Source: Octopus bimaculoides
Lineage: Eukaryota
Assembly: GCF_001194135.2 (NCBI RefSeq)
Contig: NC_069008.1
Coordinates: forward strand, 10,599,190-10,638,476
Direction: 5' to 3'
Length of the DNA: 39,287 bases
Both the position numbers and the translations under genes were made by a program. Below, piece after piece: positions 1 to 11,375 of this stretch (the stretch's first letter is position 1; the number at the start of each line of letters is the position of its first letter). The notes under the pieces were generated by a model that was not told the DNA's origin, made no database searches, and worked only from the letters and a program-made list of their open reading frames with translations.

Positions 1-125
1 AAAGTACACCAGGAATAGCAGCTGCCTCTCCCAAACCTAGACCGTCGCTTAACACGTCTTGTCCTGACCACAACCCCTTTCGAAAAGGGCACGAATCCCG
101 ATCGAGGCTCCCTCTTCCCTTCTCC

Positions 126-187
126 CCCTTCCGGTCGACTCGCCCTTCCGGTCGACTCGCCCTTCCGGTCGACTCGCCCTTCCGGTC
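126..187. repeat. Perfect 17-bp tandem repeat (cccttccggtcgactcg), 3.6 copies
   Basis: Identical units at 126-142, 143-159 and 160-176, plus a partial unit at 177-187. GC- and CpG-rich. Confidence 0.95.
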
Positions 188-199
188 AGCCTCCCCAGA

Positions 200-1746
200 C
201 ACTGATGTCATACCACACGTCATTCCAGATCTTTACACACAATCTCCACAACAGTTCTATCCCAATATCTCCCATCGCCTTCATACCTTGATGGGAAGTT
301 CATCCACACCAGGGCTCTTCCCATTCTTGGTATGGTACAGTGCCTGCCTCACTTCTTCTTTGAGTGTTTCCGGTTCTCTGTCTTTGGCTACAGCAAGTGC
401 AACGGGGAGATCTTCCTGCCTCCTTCTGTACAAATCGGTGCTGTATTCCACCTAGCTTTGATGTCCTCTTCCTCTGTCAGGATGTTACCTTCTTTATAGT
501 TGATGACATCACTATGTGGAGTCCACTTCCTCTTTCTACTCAATTCCTTCACCAAATGAAAAACAGACTTGATGTCACCTTTCTGCGACGCATCTTCCGC
601 CTCCAGACATATCCGCTTCAGATGGTTCCTCTTGTCCTCTAGTACCTGTCTGTTGTGCTGCTTGTCAAGTTCTCTCCATTCCTGATGATTTCCACTTACT
701 TTCGTTTTCCTCCTTCTTCTTGCAACGTCTAGTGTGTCGTCTGATAGCCACGGCCTCTTCAGAGTCCGTCTTTTAGGAATATTCCTCTTTGCAACTTCCT
801 TTGTGATGTTGACCATTTTCTCCCAAAGTGCATCTGATCTCCACTCTCCATTATAGTATGATTGGAAAAGCGGTAGAAATCTACTCTGCCTCTTGACACT
901 GAAAGCCTCTGGGATCTTTGTGTCATCGTAATGTGTTGTTTCCGTCTGCTTTTTCCGTGACCTCATCCGGATCTTAATCATTGCACACAGCAGTTGATGA
1001 TCGCTTCCGCAGTCTGCCCCTGGTCATGTCCTTACATTCATGAGTGCCGACCTCCATCGCCCTTGAATCATGATGTAGTCAATCTGGTTTCCAAACCGGT
1101 CTCCTAGGCTGGTCCAAGTGTACATCCTTCTCAGGTGATGCTGGAAGATGATGTTACCGATGTCTAGGTTGTTGGTGATACAAAGGTCAACCAGATCCTG
1201 TCCTCTTATATTCCGCTCCCCCAACCCGTGTTGGCCCACACTCGAATTGTTGGTAATGCTCTTCCCCACCTTGGCATTCCAATCTCGCATCACGATAATG
1301 ACGTCTCTCCGTGGAACATTGTCCAGTGTCTGCTGAACAACATCATAGAAATCCTGCATTTCTTCTTCACTTGCTTCACTCATTGGTGCATAAACCTGGA
1401 TGCGTGTAGTCTTTAGAGGGTGACCCCTCAGCCGTATGGTGACGATTCTGTCATTGACAGGATTGTATCCCATGACTGATGGGGTCACCTCTCTGGACGT
1501 CACAAATCCCACTCCATTATGTTGACCAGTCTCCCTTCCTGAGAAGACCATGTCTCCACTCTGTGCTGTGAATCTTCCCTGACCATTCCACCAGTGTTCC
1601 GACAGCCCGAGGACACTCACTCCGCATCTCTTCATCTCAGATGTTATCACATTTAGCTTCCCCACGATGAGTCCTCTGACATTCCATGTGGCAATGATCC
1701 ACTCTTTACGTAGTTGAATACCTCTCTTTTTCACAGCCGCAGTCAA
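200..1746 (-). mobile_element. RTE-clade LINE fragment: APE endonuclease, linker and start of RT (degenerate, 3' part missing)
   Basis: ORF 1024-1746 has APE motifs IATWNVRG, LGLSEHWW, IQVYAP, DWNAKVG and NQIDYIM. ORF 388-981 has the RTE linker (KRPWLSDDTL). KSPGVDELPI (RT domain 0) lies at about 290-330. Confidence 0.92.
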
Positions 1747-1849
1747 ATGACTGAAAAATGTAAAAGAATAAAAGAATAGCTAAACAATTACACAGTAAAT
1801 ACGAGCACACATCATATTATACATTAGCATGAATAAATAAGAAGGGACT

Positions 1850-4800
1850 GGAATTTATCAAAAAGTCAGGAATATAGGGTAGGACTAGACCATATACACC
1901 TAGAACACCTAGAATACCTAGAATAAGCCTAAAAGACCACAAAGACATTTCCTGGATAACCCCTCTACAAGACTAATATGACTTTCTGAATCAGATATAA
2001 ACAGAATTAGTAAAGCAATAATAGGTAGAATAATACTGAAATTAAAATACATAAACTCAAACTATGGTCTACCAATACATAGGTAATTACATAGTTTCAT
2101 AACTTAGAGAACAAAAAGCAGACTAACTTCATACAATTGAATATATTGAACTACTACCCTTCAATAAACCCAGTAGCTTTGAATAAGGTACTTTTCGCAA
2201 AAAGTATCTCTAACCTAACCAGGGATGGAATAGATATAACATTAGCAGCTTGGAACATCATAACAGAATTACATGGAAAAATATGAGCAAGAGAAATAAT
2301 ATTCTTAAATTATAAACCTGGAAAAGTACAGGACAAGTTATTACACTTAGGAAGGTTCAGGACAAGTTATCACATCTTGTAAAGTACAGAACAAGAAAAT
2401 TTTTGCTTAAAATACTGCAGCTAAGGATAAAGTTTCAAATAAAATACTTAGATTTAGATGATATTAGCTTTTATTTAAACTAAAAATTTTATTATAAGTT
2501 ATTACTTCCATTTGTTATTACTTGTTACTTCTATTAAAAATAAAAAAATAACTCAAAATATTTTTTGCACTTTAAAAATATTCATTTTTTTAAATTATCA
2601 ATTAATTATTAGAAATTTGAAAATAGGTTATAAAACATAATACTAGTATATAATAAGTACAATAAATTAAATAATACAAAAATTATATATTATAGTAAAA
2701 TCTACCTATAACAACAAATTCACAATAAAATTTGCTTGAGTTATTGCCTAAGTTATTGCCAAGTCTTTACATTTTTAGTCTTGACCCAATGCCTATTTTT
2801 TACATAATGAATTTGCCTACCATATATACTATTCTACTTTGCATAAAACTTTAGCTATTATGCTACTTCTGACTCTCATTTTTTAAAGTACTCTAGTATG
2901 TCAATATTTCAACAAAATGATGGTACCTTTTTTAATTATAATGTTACTTTTTAAATTAAAATCAAATGATTTTTAATATTCAAATTTTATCCTTAGCGGC
3001 AATATTTTAAGCCAAAATTTTCTTGTTCTGTACTTTACCAGATGTAATAACTTGTCCTGTACGTTTCCAGATTTATAATCTTAAGAATATTACTTCTCTT
3101 GCTTACATTTTTCCATGTAACACATGTTTCTTTCCAGGTACGCTTTCATGCTAATTAATGTGTCCATTAATAATCTAAGATTTTACCTTATTGAAAATTA
3201 CCTCAATGATGCCGGTGACATATATTAAAAGTCCCCTTATAGAACTATATTCATAAAAAGTATAGAACTATAATATCACCCTCAAATTTGAGAAACAAGC
3301 ACTCATAACTTTTTTTCTTTTAAAACTTCATTGCATGAGATTCATACCATGAAATTCCTCAAACTGAGCTCTATCATTTAAGCTTAATTAAAATATAATT
3401 TTTTTTCAGTAAAAAGTTAATTATACTTAAATTCATTTTTTGCCTTATATTTTTTTCATATTTTACCCCACAACGTTTTTGGTACAAACTTTTGTTGCAT
3501 GGGACCAAAACTATGAAATTCCTCATGCTTTCTTCTACCACTGGTAAATATATTTTGCTTTTAAAATAAAAAAAGTTACTTAGATCTAAACTTGATTTGA
3601 GGCATTACTTAATCTCCTATAACGTTGCTACAAATTTTGATGTAAGCCTTTTTCTAATGGATTAGATCTCAGTTTTTTAATGCCAAAATGTGGCTAGGGA
3701 CCAGTCCTCTTCAAAGATGTTAACAGTTTTCAATTTGGGTAAGGATTAAATTAGTGACAAAGCTCTGAAGATGCTGCATGTGAGTAAATTGCAGCCTTAA
3801 TATCATACAACTACTATCATAGCTGAATGATATAGAGGCAAACTTTGGACTCGATTGGAAAGGGAAGAATGTTTTTACATAACAATGGGGTCAAGTGATT
3901 CGGTACAAGTAACAGATATAGCTGAAAAATATTTACTGTCCCAGATAGAATCCTGGTTCCTGAATTTAGTGGGGGAGGGTGTTATATAGAGATAACACAC
4001 TATTTATACAGAGAATAAGTAGTAACATAGAAATGGAGAGGCATAAGAAAAAACTTTTTTAATTCTTAAAAAATTTTGACCTAGAAATAACAATTCAAAA
4101 AATCATCGAGTAGCAAACTTCCTAGACATGAAACTTAACCTCAACAAAGGAAATTTTGAGCCTTTCCATAAACAAAATGAAAACTTAAAATACATGAGTT
4201 GGGGCTCTAATCATCCAGTGCCTATGTTCAGAAGTATTCCAAAAAGTGTGTCTAACAATATTCAGACTATCTGCTGGTGGAAGGATATTCAAAGAACACA
4301 TTGAATATCATGACTCAGCACTGGCTAGTGTGAAATAAGATAAAATATAAACCAAACAATGTAGCACCAGATCAATATCCCATCCAAGATAAAAATTTAG
4401 GAGGATAAGCTAGGACTGATCCAGGAACAAAGGACCCACAAAATACAATGAAGGAGATTGAAACTGAAATAGGAAAACATAAAGACAACACTCGGGAAAG
4501 TAGGAATCAAACAAGATGCATAAAGCAGTACAGGAGGATACAAGGGGAGGGGAAAATAAACATAGATAGAAAGAGCAGCTATGTAGTAGAAACAGAAATA
4601 ACATATGATAACAGACCAAATAGATACATTAAGAGAAATGGAAAAATAATAATGACAAAATTATCTGGTTTAACCCAATCTTCAGATTGCAAATAAAATC
4701 TAGGATTGGACAGGAATTCTTCTCCATTCTTGACAGGCATTTTCCTAGATTCAGTAAATATTACAAAATCTTCAACAAGCATAAGGTGAAATTAGTGTAC

Positions 4801-5430
4801 GTGACATCTCATCACCTAGAATATTATATACATAAATTAAATAACAAAAAGCTTAATAAAATAAAATAATAAGGTAAATAGCAATGATATCTCTGATAGC
4901 AACCAAACCACAAAGTTAAACACCCATTCTGTACAATATAAGCAAACAACAAAAGTGGTAACAACACAGCTACATGTAATTGCAGATGGAAAACAAATAA
5001 ATTTGAAAACAACTGCTTGAGAAGAAGTGTGATTTTATAAATGTGAAGTGAAGGCAGGTGCACTAAAATATGTCTACATTGGTGAGATGTCAGACATGAT
5101 AAAAACCATCTAAGAAATCATCTTACATCATTTTCAGATGAAAATAAGTCACTGCACATCCTTAGCTAACCTCATCTGGAGACTAAGATGGAATGGGGTG
5201 AAACACACAACTAAGTGGTGTATATTAAAAAATGCCCAGCCATATGATGGAACATCACAGGTCTGCAACCTCTGTTTTGAGGAATCACTAGAGATTATTC
5301 TCTCCAAGGGAAACAAAATTAATAGACATTCTGAAGTGGTTTTATCTCGTAGACATAATATAAAAAAATCCTTCATTGGACTGGAACAAAGCATTATGAA
5401 ACAGACAAACACTAACCATTATTAGCATAA
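1850..5430 (+). mobile_element. Decayed Penelope-like element (RT - CxC linker - C-terminal GIY-YIG endonuclease), interrupted by insertions
   Basis: Motifs occur in the expected order: LKDHK..NPSTRLI (~1930-1980), FIQLNILNYYPSI (~2125-2165), FYITMGSSDS (~3875-3900), LYRDN (3982-3996), NFLDMKLNL (~4115-4140), SNHP (4206-4217), IGQEFFSILDRHFP..KIFNKHKVKLVY (ORF 4687), CNCR (4975), VIYKCEV..YIG (~5030-5085), AQPY..CNLCFEE..NRHSE (ORF 5138-5425). Confidence 0.88.
2272..3117. mobile_element. Non-autonomous TIR element (MITE/foldback-like) with ~170-200 bp TIRs and TA target duplication
   Basis: The left end catggaaaaatatgagcaagagaaataatattcttaa is the reverse complement of the right end ttaagaatattacttctcttgcttacatttttccatg. 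TA flanks at 2270-2271 and 3118-3119. The interior is AT-rich and non-coding. Confidence 0.85.
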
Positions 5431-6396
5431 ACAAAACAATAGAAGGACCTTCTAAATGAAGTAAACAAAAGAAACCTTATATACAGAAGAGGATTTATTA
5501 CAAGGAAATTTTAGCATAACGGAGTGTAAATACCAAGGATCCCAGCATAAACCATGTGCACAATACTATACATGGTTTTTATTATTATATCATTGAACAT
5601 ACAAGGAAAATAATACTAAACAAATATACTGGCTCTATGGAAAAATAAAACCTTCAATAAACATATAGTAGCATCACTAACAAATAGTAGACTCTGTTAA
5701 GGAACAAGATTAACAGAACAGCTGGGGACCATGTGAAATACTTAATGATACCAAGATAAATTCCATTCTCTTCCTTGACTGGTGATTGAACAGAAATCAT
5801 GAACTGATAACATCCGAAACAAAAATTTGCTCCCTTCTAACAGCTTGTAAAGCCATTACTGTAGCACCCTGCCGGGATCAGGGTTAAATCAAATTTTCTC
5901 CACTCACAGCACATATAAACTGACATTAAAAGAAAGAAATACATTACCATTTTCCTTTTCTTCTCTCCTTATATTATTTCTTCTCTCTCTTTTCTTCTTC
6001 CTATCCACACAGGCCTACTTGCACAAATCTAAATGCAAAGTAAATCACTTCTGATATCCACCCTTCCATATTGTTTCTATATATCTCTTTGTATGTTAAG
6101 TCAAAATATTCACAGAAACTGCCCTTAAATTCAACAGAATTCTCTGATTGGTGCAAATTGGTAAATATTCCTTAGCTAAACATTTGATACAACCAGAACG
6201 CTTGTGCAGCTTTTTGCCTAAAGAAATGAATATATATGTTAATGGTTCCCCCAAAATCCATGAATATTGCAAATCATATTTGTTATATCTTATGGATGGG
6301 GAATAGAGCAACAAAATACATGTGATTTGTGGAAATGTGTGTAGCAATGCATTAAAGGATTTATGAATTTCCATCCAAAAGTTCTTGTTATTACTA

Positions 6397-6647
6397 TTGG
6401 GTTGCTGCATAATTATTGTGGCTTTTTTCAACAAATTTTATTCAACAAAAACAATAACAATATTTTACAAAAGCATCTTTAAATTACAGTCTGACCGTCT
6501 GCCAGGCAAACGAGAAGCAGTAATTGAAGTAGATGGTGAATATACTCCGGAGTAATCATTTAAAGATGCTTTTGTTAAATGTTGTTATTGTTTTTGTTGA
6601 ATAAAATTTATTGAAAAAAAAGCCACAATAATTATGCACCAACCCAA
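6397..6647. mobile_element. Mariner-derived MITE (251 bp, Hsmar1/MADE-like TIR)
   Basis: Ends ttgggttgctgcataattattgtggc and gccacaataattatgcaccaacccaa. Inverted arms of ~90 bp. TA at 6395-6396 and 6648-6649. The core encodes EAVIEVDGEYTPE*, like a mariner C-terminus. Confidence 0.9.
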
Positions 6648-6817
6648 TATATTCATTCTACACTATAGTGTACACTATATTCATTCTACACTATAGTGGC
6701 ATCAGACAGTAACCATACCATAAAATTACTCTGGAAGATGGGAATAATAAGCGGTAACTGGAATAAAGGGCTTTTTATGAATGCACCCAAAAATGTTCCA
6801 TATAAATGAACTTCTAA

Positions 6818-6818
<1 letters not shown>

Positions 6819-6863
<45 letters not shown>
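6819..6863. repeat. (CA)n microsatellite at the 3' end of the RTE fragment
   Basis: Direct reading of the sequence. Confidence 0.95.
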
Positions 6864-6865
<2 letters not shown>

Positions 6866-7610
6866 GCTTCCAGAAGTCAGTTTTGTAGAAGTGAGTAGTC
6901 TTCTTGAGAAGAATCTCATATCACCAGACATCCTGGTCCTTTGTCATCTCCCCCATAAAGCTCAGGATCCTGCGGTCAGTCTTCACCACTTTGTCCTATA
7001 TGTTTCTGGGTCTTCCTTTTCCAGAAGCTCCAACCACATTGGCATTTCTTTATTCAGCTCCCCTCATCCATATGTATCATATGCTCATACTAGCATAGTC
7101 TTCTTTCTTACATACTATAAGTGATTCTTCTGATGTCCAGCTTTTCACTCAGAACATTTATACTATATCATTCATGCACACTTACAATGTGTTTCCAAAA
7201 GAGCATGCTTGCATCACTTCTTTCCCTGTCTTCTTTGCATTCAACATGCATGTCTCACTACCATGTAGCATTGCATTTCTGATAGAGGCATCATACAATC
7301 TGCCTTTCACTTTGTGACAAAAGACCTTTGTTGCCAATAGTGGCAGTAGCTCCTGGAACCAGTTCTTACTCTGGCTACTGTACTTTCAAAGGAACCAACT
7401 ACTTTGATAATTACATCACCTACATAGAAGCTATCAATTACTTCTAGTGAGCCATCCAGGCATTCAAGGGTGCCTCTTTCCATTGTGTTCATAGTACAAA
7501 CCATTCTCAAGTAGACACAGAAATCTGGGAGGTGTTTATCACTGAGACCACCAAATTAGCTCAAAATACCTTGTCTAGTGATCTCTCGGCATTTTGAGTG
7601 AACACTGTCT
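6864..7610 (-). mobile_element. 5'-truncated RTE LINE 3' fragment (degenerate)
   Basis: Minus strand reads LEVIDSFYVGDVI..ESTVARVR, KVKGRLYDASIRNAMLHGSET and a GRPRNI-type C-terminus, which are typical of the RTE RT C-terminal region. Confidence 0.85.
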
Positions 7611-7996
7611 TATTTTATCTCAGAAGTTTAAAATATTATAGTTAGTGCTGTTCCAGCTTTGTATGTACATGGTAAATGTTATACACCTTGTTATTTTAAT
7701 CTAAATCTGTTTCAGATATGTCGTTTAATTCAAGGAAGTAATGTTTCCAAGTCTGCCATTTCACTATTGCCACTGTGAATTCACCAGAAATTTCATAAAA
7801 CAATAACGGCTGACATTTCTGTAGGTCAGTGTTATCATTTGTTTTCCTATTTAACAATTGCCAGTACTATCTGTTGGTTACATCTGACAGAAGTGTCACT
7901 GTTTCCATCCCTAACCACCAGTAATAAGAAACAAGATTTGAACACCTATTACACAAAGATGGAACAGATGCTACAAGGAATCCTTCAGCAATTCTT

Positions 7997-8120
7997 CTAA
8001 TCTATCAATCCATATTGGTGCTTTATTGATCAGCCCCTGAAAAGATGAATGGCAAAATTGATCTTATGAGGAATTGAACTCAGAAGGCTGAGAGTTCACA
8101 CAAACATCCCAAAGCATTCT
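7997..8120 (-). mobile_element. SINE fragment (family with the ttcatcctttcggggtcgataa core)
   Basis: Reverse-complement homologue of 8170-8279 (ctgagttcaattcct...ttcatcttttcagggg). Confidence 0.75.
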
Positions 8121-8139
8121 ACTTCATGCTCTAATATTA

Positions 8140-8279
8140 GGTGGTGAGTTAGGGTGTCAGGTAGAATACTTTATGGTATTTATCTCAACTCTCTGCCTCC
8201 TGAGTTCAATTCCTGATGAGGTCAACTTTGTCATTCATCCTTTCAGGGATGATAAATAAACTACAGATTGATAGATTGG
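8140..8279 (+). mobile_element. SINE of the same family, opposite orientation
   Basis: ggtggtgagttag...ctgagttcaattcctgatgaggtcaactttgtcattcatcctttcagggatgataaataa. Also homologous to 19280-19450. Confidence 0.75.
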
Positions 8280-8407
8280 CAGATTTGTTCCATTTCTGTG
8301 CATTAGGTGTTCAAATCTTGATCTCTATCATTGGTGGTTGAGGTGGAAACAACAAACCAACAGATAGCGTTGGCAATTGTTAAAATAAAAAATACAGAAG
8401 CATTGAA

Positions 8408-8449
<42 letters not shown>

Positions 8450-9727
8450 TGTTCCAGCTATGCAAGTCATGCATTGCATGGCCATTTATTTTTTTATATG
8501 AATCAAAAATAAATTTAAGAACGTAATTTGTTTGTAACTATGTTGAAAAGTTATCAAAATCATTGAAAACGAAAGTAACGAGTTAATTTGTTTTGAAGAA
8601 GACAGTCAAATGCAAAACAAATATAACGTTACTTGAATTATTGAAAACAGCTCCACCTGACCTCATTTCCCATCCTGTTAAAAATAGCTTTGAAGTCATG
8701 CAATGTTAAAAATAAATGAAGGTTCTTGTCTTTGGTCTCCTCTCTCTATATATTAATACTTCTCTCTGTCAGTTCTTTGTAATTGGTGTTGCTAAAGACT
8801 GACTACCATGGTTGAATGGATTTGACCATTTGACCCCAATCAAAAGGCACTAATAAAACCCTTTCAAAATTCTTTGTCAGGCAGATCAGTTCTCTCATTC
8901 AGAGTACTAGGACCTAATTTTTGCCCTCCCCACCACCAAGCATGTGCATATTTCTTTTATTAAATCTTTTGAACTTACGGAATATTAGTCCAACTGACTG
9001 AAATGTGTGTTATTGAAAAGTATCTTTTCAATAAAAGACTTTGAAAGGAAACAATTAACGATGGTAAACCAACGCCACAATTACTTAATTTGGGAAGTTC
9101 CAACAAGAAATGTATTTACCAATTTCAAACTAATCTATATGAAAGGAAAAAATGGTGAAATGAGTGCTATGCTAAATAAATTATTCTGATGGCCATGCTT
9201 GTTATTTAGTTCAGAAAAAGCTGTTTGAATTAATAAAGGTGACGATGGCTTAAATAATCTACATATGGCCATACTAAAACATAGACATTCTCAAAGACAT
9301 AAAATGGATGATAGATTTTATTTGGATAGACTTGCAATTGGATGTGTATAAAAAAACAGAGCGTACAACACAATGAAAAAGTTAGAAGAAATAGATCCAT
9401 TCTGCAGCGATTGATTTGGTTATTTTTTTTGGTCCCCAGGAATTAACATTTCAGGGTCATTTTGAATCTGAAGAATCCAATGATCACAGAAATTATAAAG
9501 AACTCTTATATTTAATCAGAAAATATGACGAAAAATTGGTGAGTCATCTTTATACAGCTTCTGTTTCCTCAAGTCTCTCACACAGAATTCAAAATGACTT
9601 AATCAATGCAGTTCAAAATGATATGTTGATGAAATAGAAAATGAACTGAAGTAGGCTAATATTCTCAACGGTCAACTGTTTTATGTTATGTTACAAAAGA
9701 TTGTGTTATTAAATAATGATTTGTCAG

Positions 9728-10439
9728 TGTAGCATGTCTGTACTAGCATTAACTTAAAACATATATTTTTAATCTCAAGTAGGCTCAAATGACACTGTTA
9801 GTTTACAGCTCTATTTGATCTGTGATTGGCCGAATAAACAGGCTCCTTCTATTACATCCGAACAGGCTCTCTCTGCTATGTCTGTTTGTCACTTATATAC
9901 TGTGGCTGCAGCCATGTCCATTTGAGTTCCTTCCTTCACTTCCATAAGGACTCCCGGCTGGTAGTTTTGCTTTATCGTGTTAGCACTGGCCTCTCTCACA
10001 CAAGAACAATTCTTCACCCATGTGCGTCAGCAGATTTGACCAAACTCAATGTTGTTATCTCTTACATTTTCTAGAAACATTTCTATCAAGCCTCGGTCTT
10101 GATAGAAAGTACATCAATGTCCACACACATTCATGAACTGCTATCACACTAGACATCTCTATAAGAACACCGCTCACTTCTTCAATAATGTGTACCTAAC
10201 CCACTACTACAATAAACTTTATAATCTTAAAAGTCGAGTTGTTGTATATCACCGCACAGCTATCGAACACATGAACACAGTTGATGACTGTCTGCCACAC
10301 ACTTCTATCAACAAGTACTATTGCCAACATCGTCTGTTCAACCAATGGCTATGGAGTCAACCCGATCTGAGAACAACTTTTGTTAAACTAATAACCAACT
10401 GACAACGTTAAGCTGGTGGTATTCTCATACCCCCCTACA
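9728..10439. mobile_element. Possible solo-LTR-like segment within the insertion
   Basis: TGTAG...CTACA termini, a TATA-like cttatatact at ~9891 and AATAAA at ~10211. It has no target duplication of its own. Confidence 0.35.
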
Positions 10440-11375
10440 CTAGTCAACCAGGCTGTAGACATTCTATTGTGTTATAGCAACAAGCTACTAAGATAGTGAA
10501 CTCACCATACTGGCGGTACCACCACTAAACTGATGACCGAACATTATGTAAAATTAGTGGGCTAAAAACTCATTATAAAGTGGTGACCCTTGACTAAAGA
10601 ACACGCTATACTAATGACCTAGTACCTTCACTACAGTGGTAACTCCCTTCGCTACACTGATGACCTTTGATTAAAGAAATTTCAGCCTTTTCCGATGGAA
10701 GCCATGGACTCAACTCCAGTTTCGCATTTTTCACCTTCAGACATTTTTGCACCATTCTTTGTTCCAGGGAGAACTTTTCTGCTCAAAGATGGTGTACAAA
10801 CTTTCTCATAACTGACACAGTTATGTCCTTTTCTTTCACTTTGTTTTAAGACTGTATAGATTTTTCTTCACAGACTTTATCACCTTTTTGTTGCTTTCCA
10901 TTTTTTCACATTTTGCATTACATATTGCTTGCATTTTTTCACCCTGTTTTGCTGCACATTTCTTTGCATTTATTTCACTATGTTGCATTGTTTGCTGTGT
11001 TATATTTGTACATGCCTATATTGTTATATTTCATTCATTCACGTGCATTCACTCAACATAAAACGACACTTTACACAACATATAACATATGTGGGTTTTT
11101 CTCGTAGAATGTCTTTTCTCAAACCTTTTCTCATCCGGCAAAAAACTGTTTGCGTGTTTTGTCGTGCGTTTTCTTCATTGGTTTCTAGGGTGCACAAACC
11201 ACCTCTTATCAATGCATTTTTCTTTGCTTCATGGAGCGTTCTATGCCTTTTCATGCATTTTCTTCCTTTGGTGCTTGACCAACACCAGATTTTTTTGCAT
11301 GCTGGAACTTCTTTCTTTTGCTGCCACCTGATGACTGAACATTATATCAAATTAATGGGCTACAAACTCATTAAA
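9729..11375. mobile_element. 1647-bp non-coding insertion in the hAT ORF, flanked by a TCAGT direct repeat
   Basis: TCAGT at 9724-9728 and 11376-11380. Removing the insert joins the hAT frame as ..FV-SFNDVSTDRSANAISEH.. Confidence 0.75.

Noticed and set aside
126-187. CRISPR-like array
   Set aside because: Contiguous repeats without spacers, eukaryotic context, no cas genes.
5779-5820. Possible hammerhead downstream of the Penelope-like ORF (ctggtga..tgaac and ctgataa..gaaac)
   Set aside because: The position is plausible, but both candidate cores are mutated and no stem I or stem III can be built.
6648-6698. 23-bp local duplication with a tacactatagtgta palindrome
   Set aside because: A small tandem duplication next to a MITE, with no sign of function.
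8213-8225. CTGATGA motif
   Set aside because: A mutated SINE position with no downstream GAAA or stems. The hits at ~621 and ~21237 lie in transposon coding sequence.
8640-8930. Possible antisense zinc-finger fragment of a second hAT
   Set aside because: No frame gave convincing motifs.
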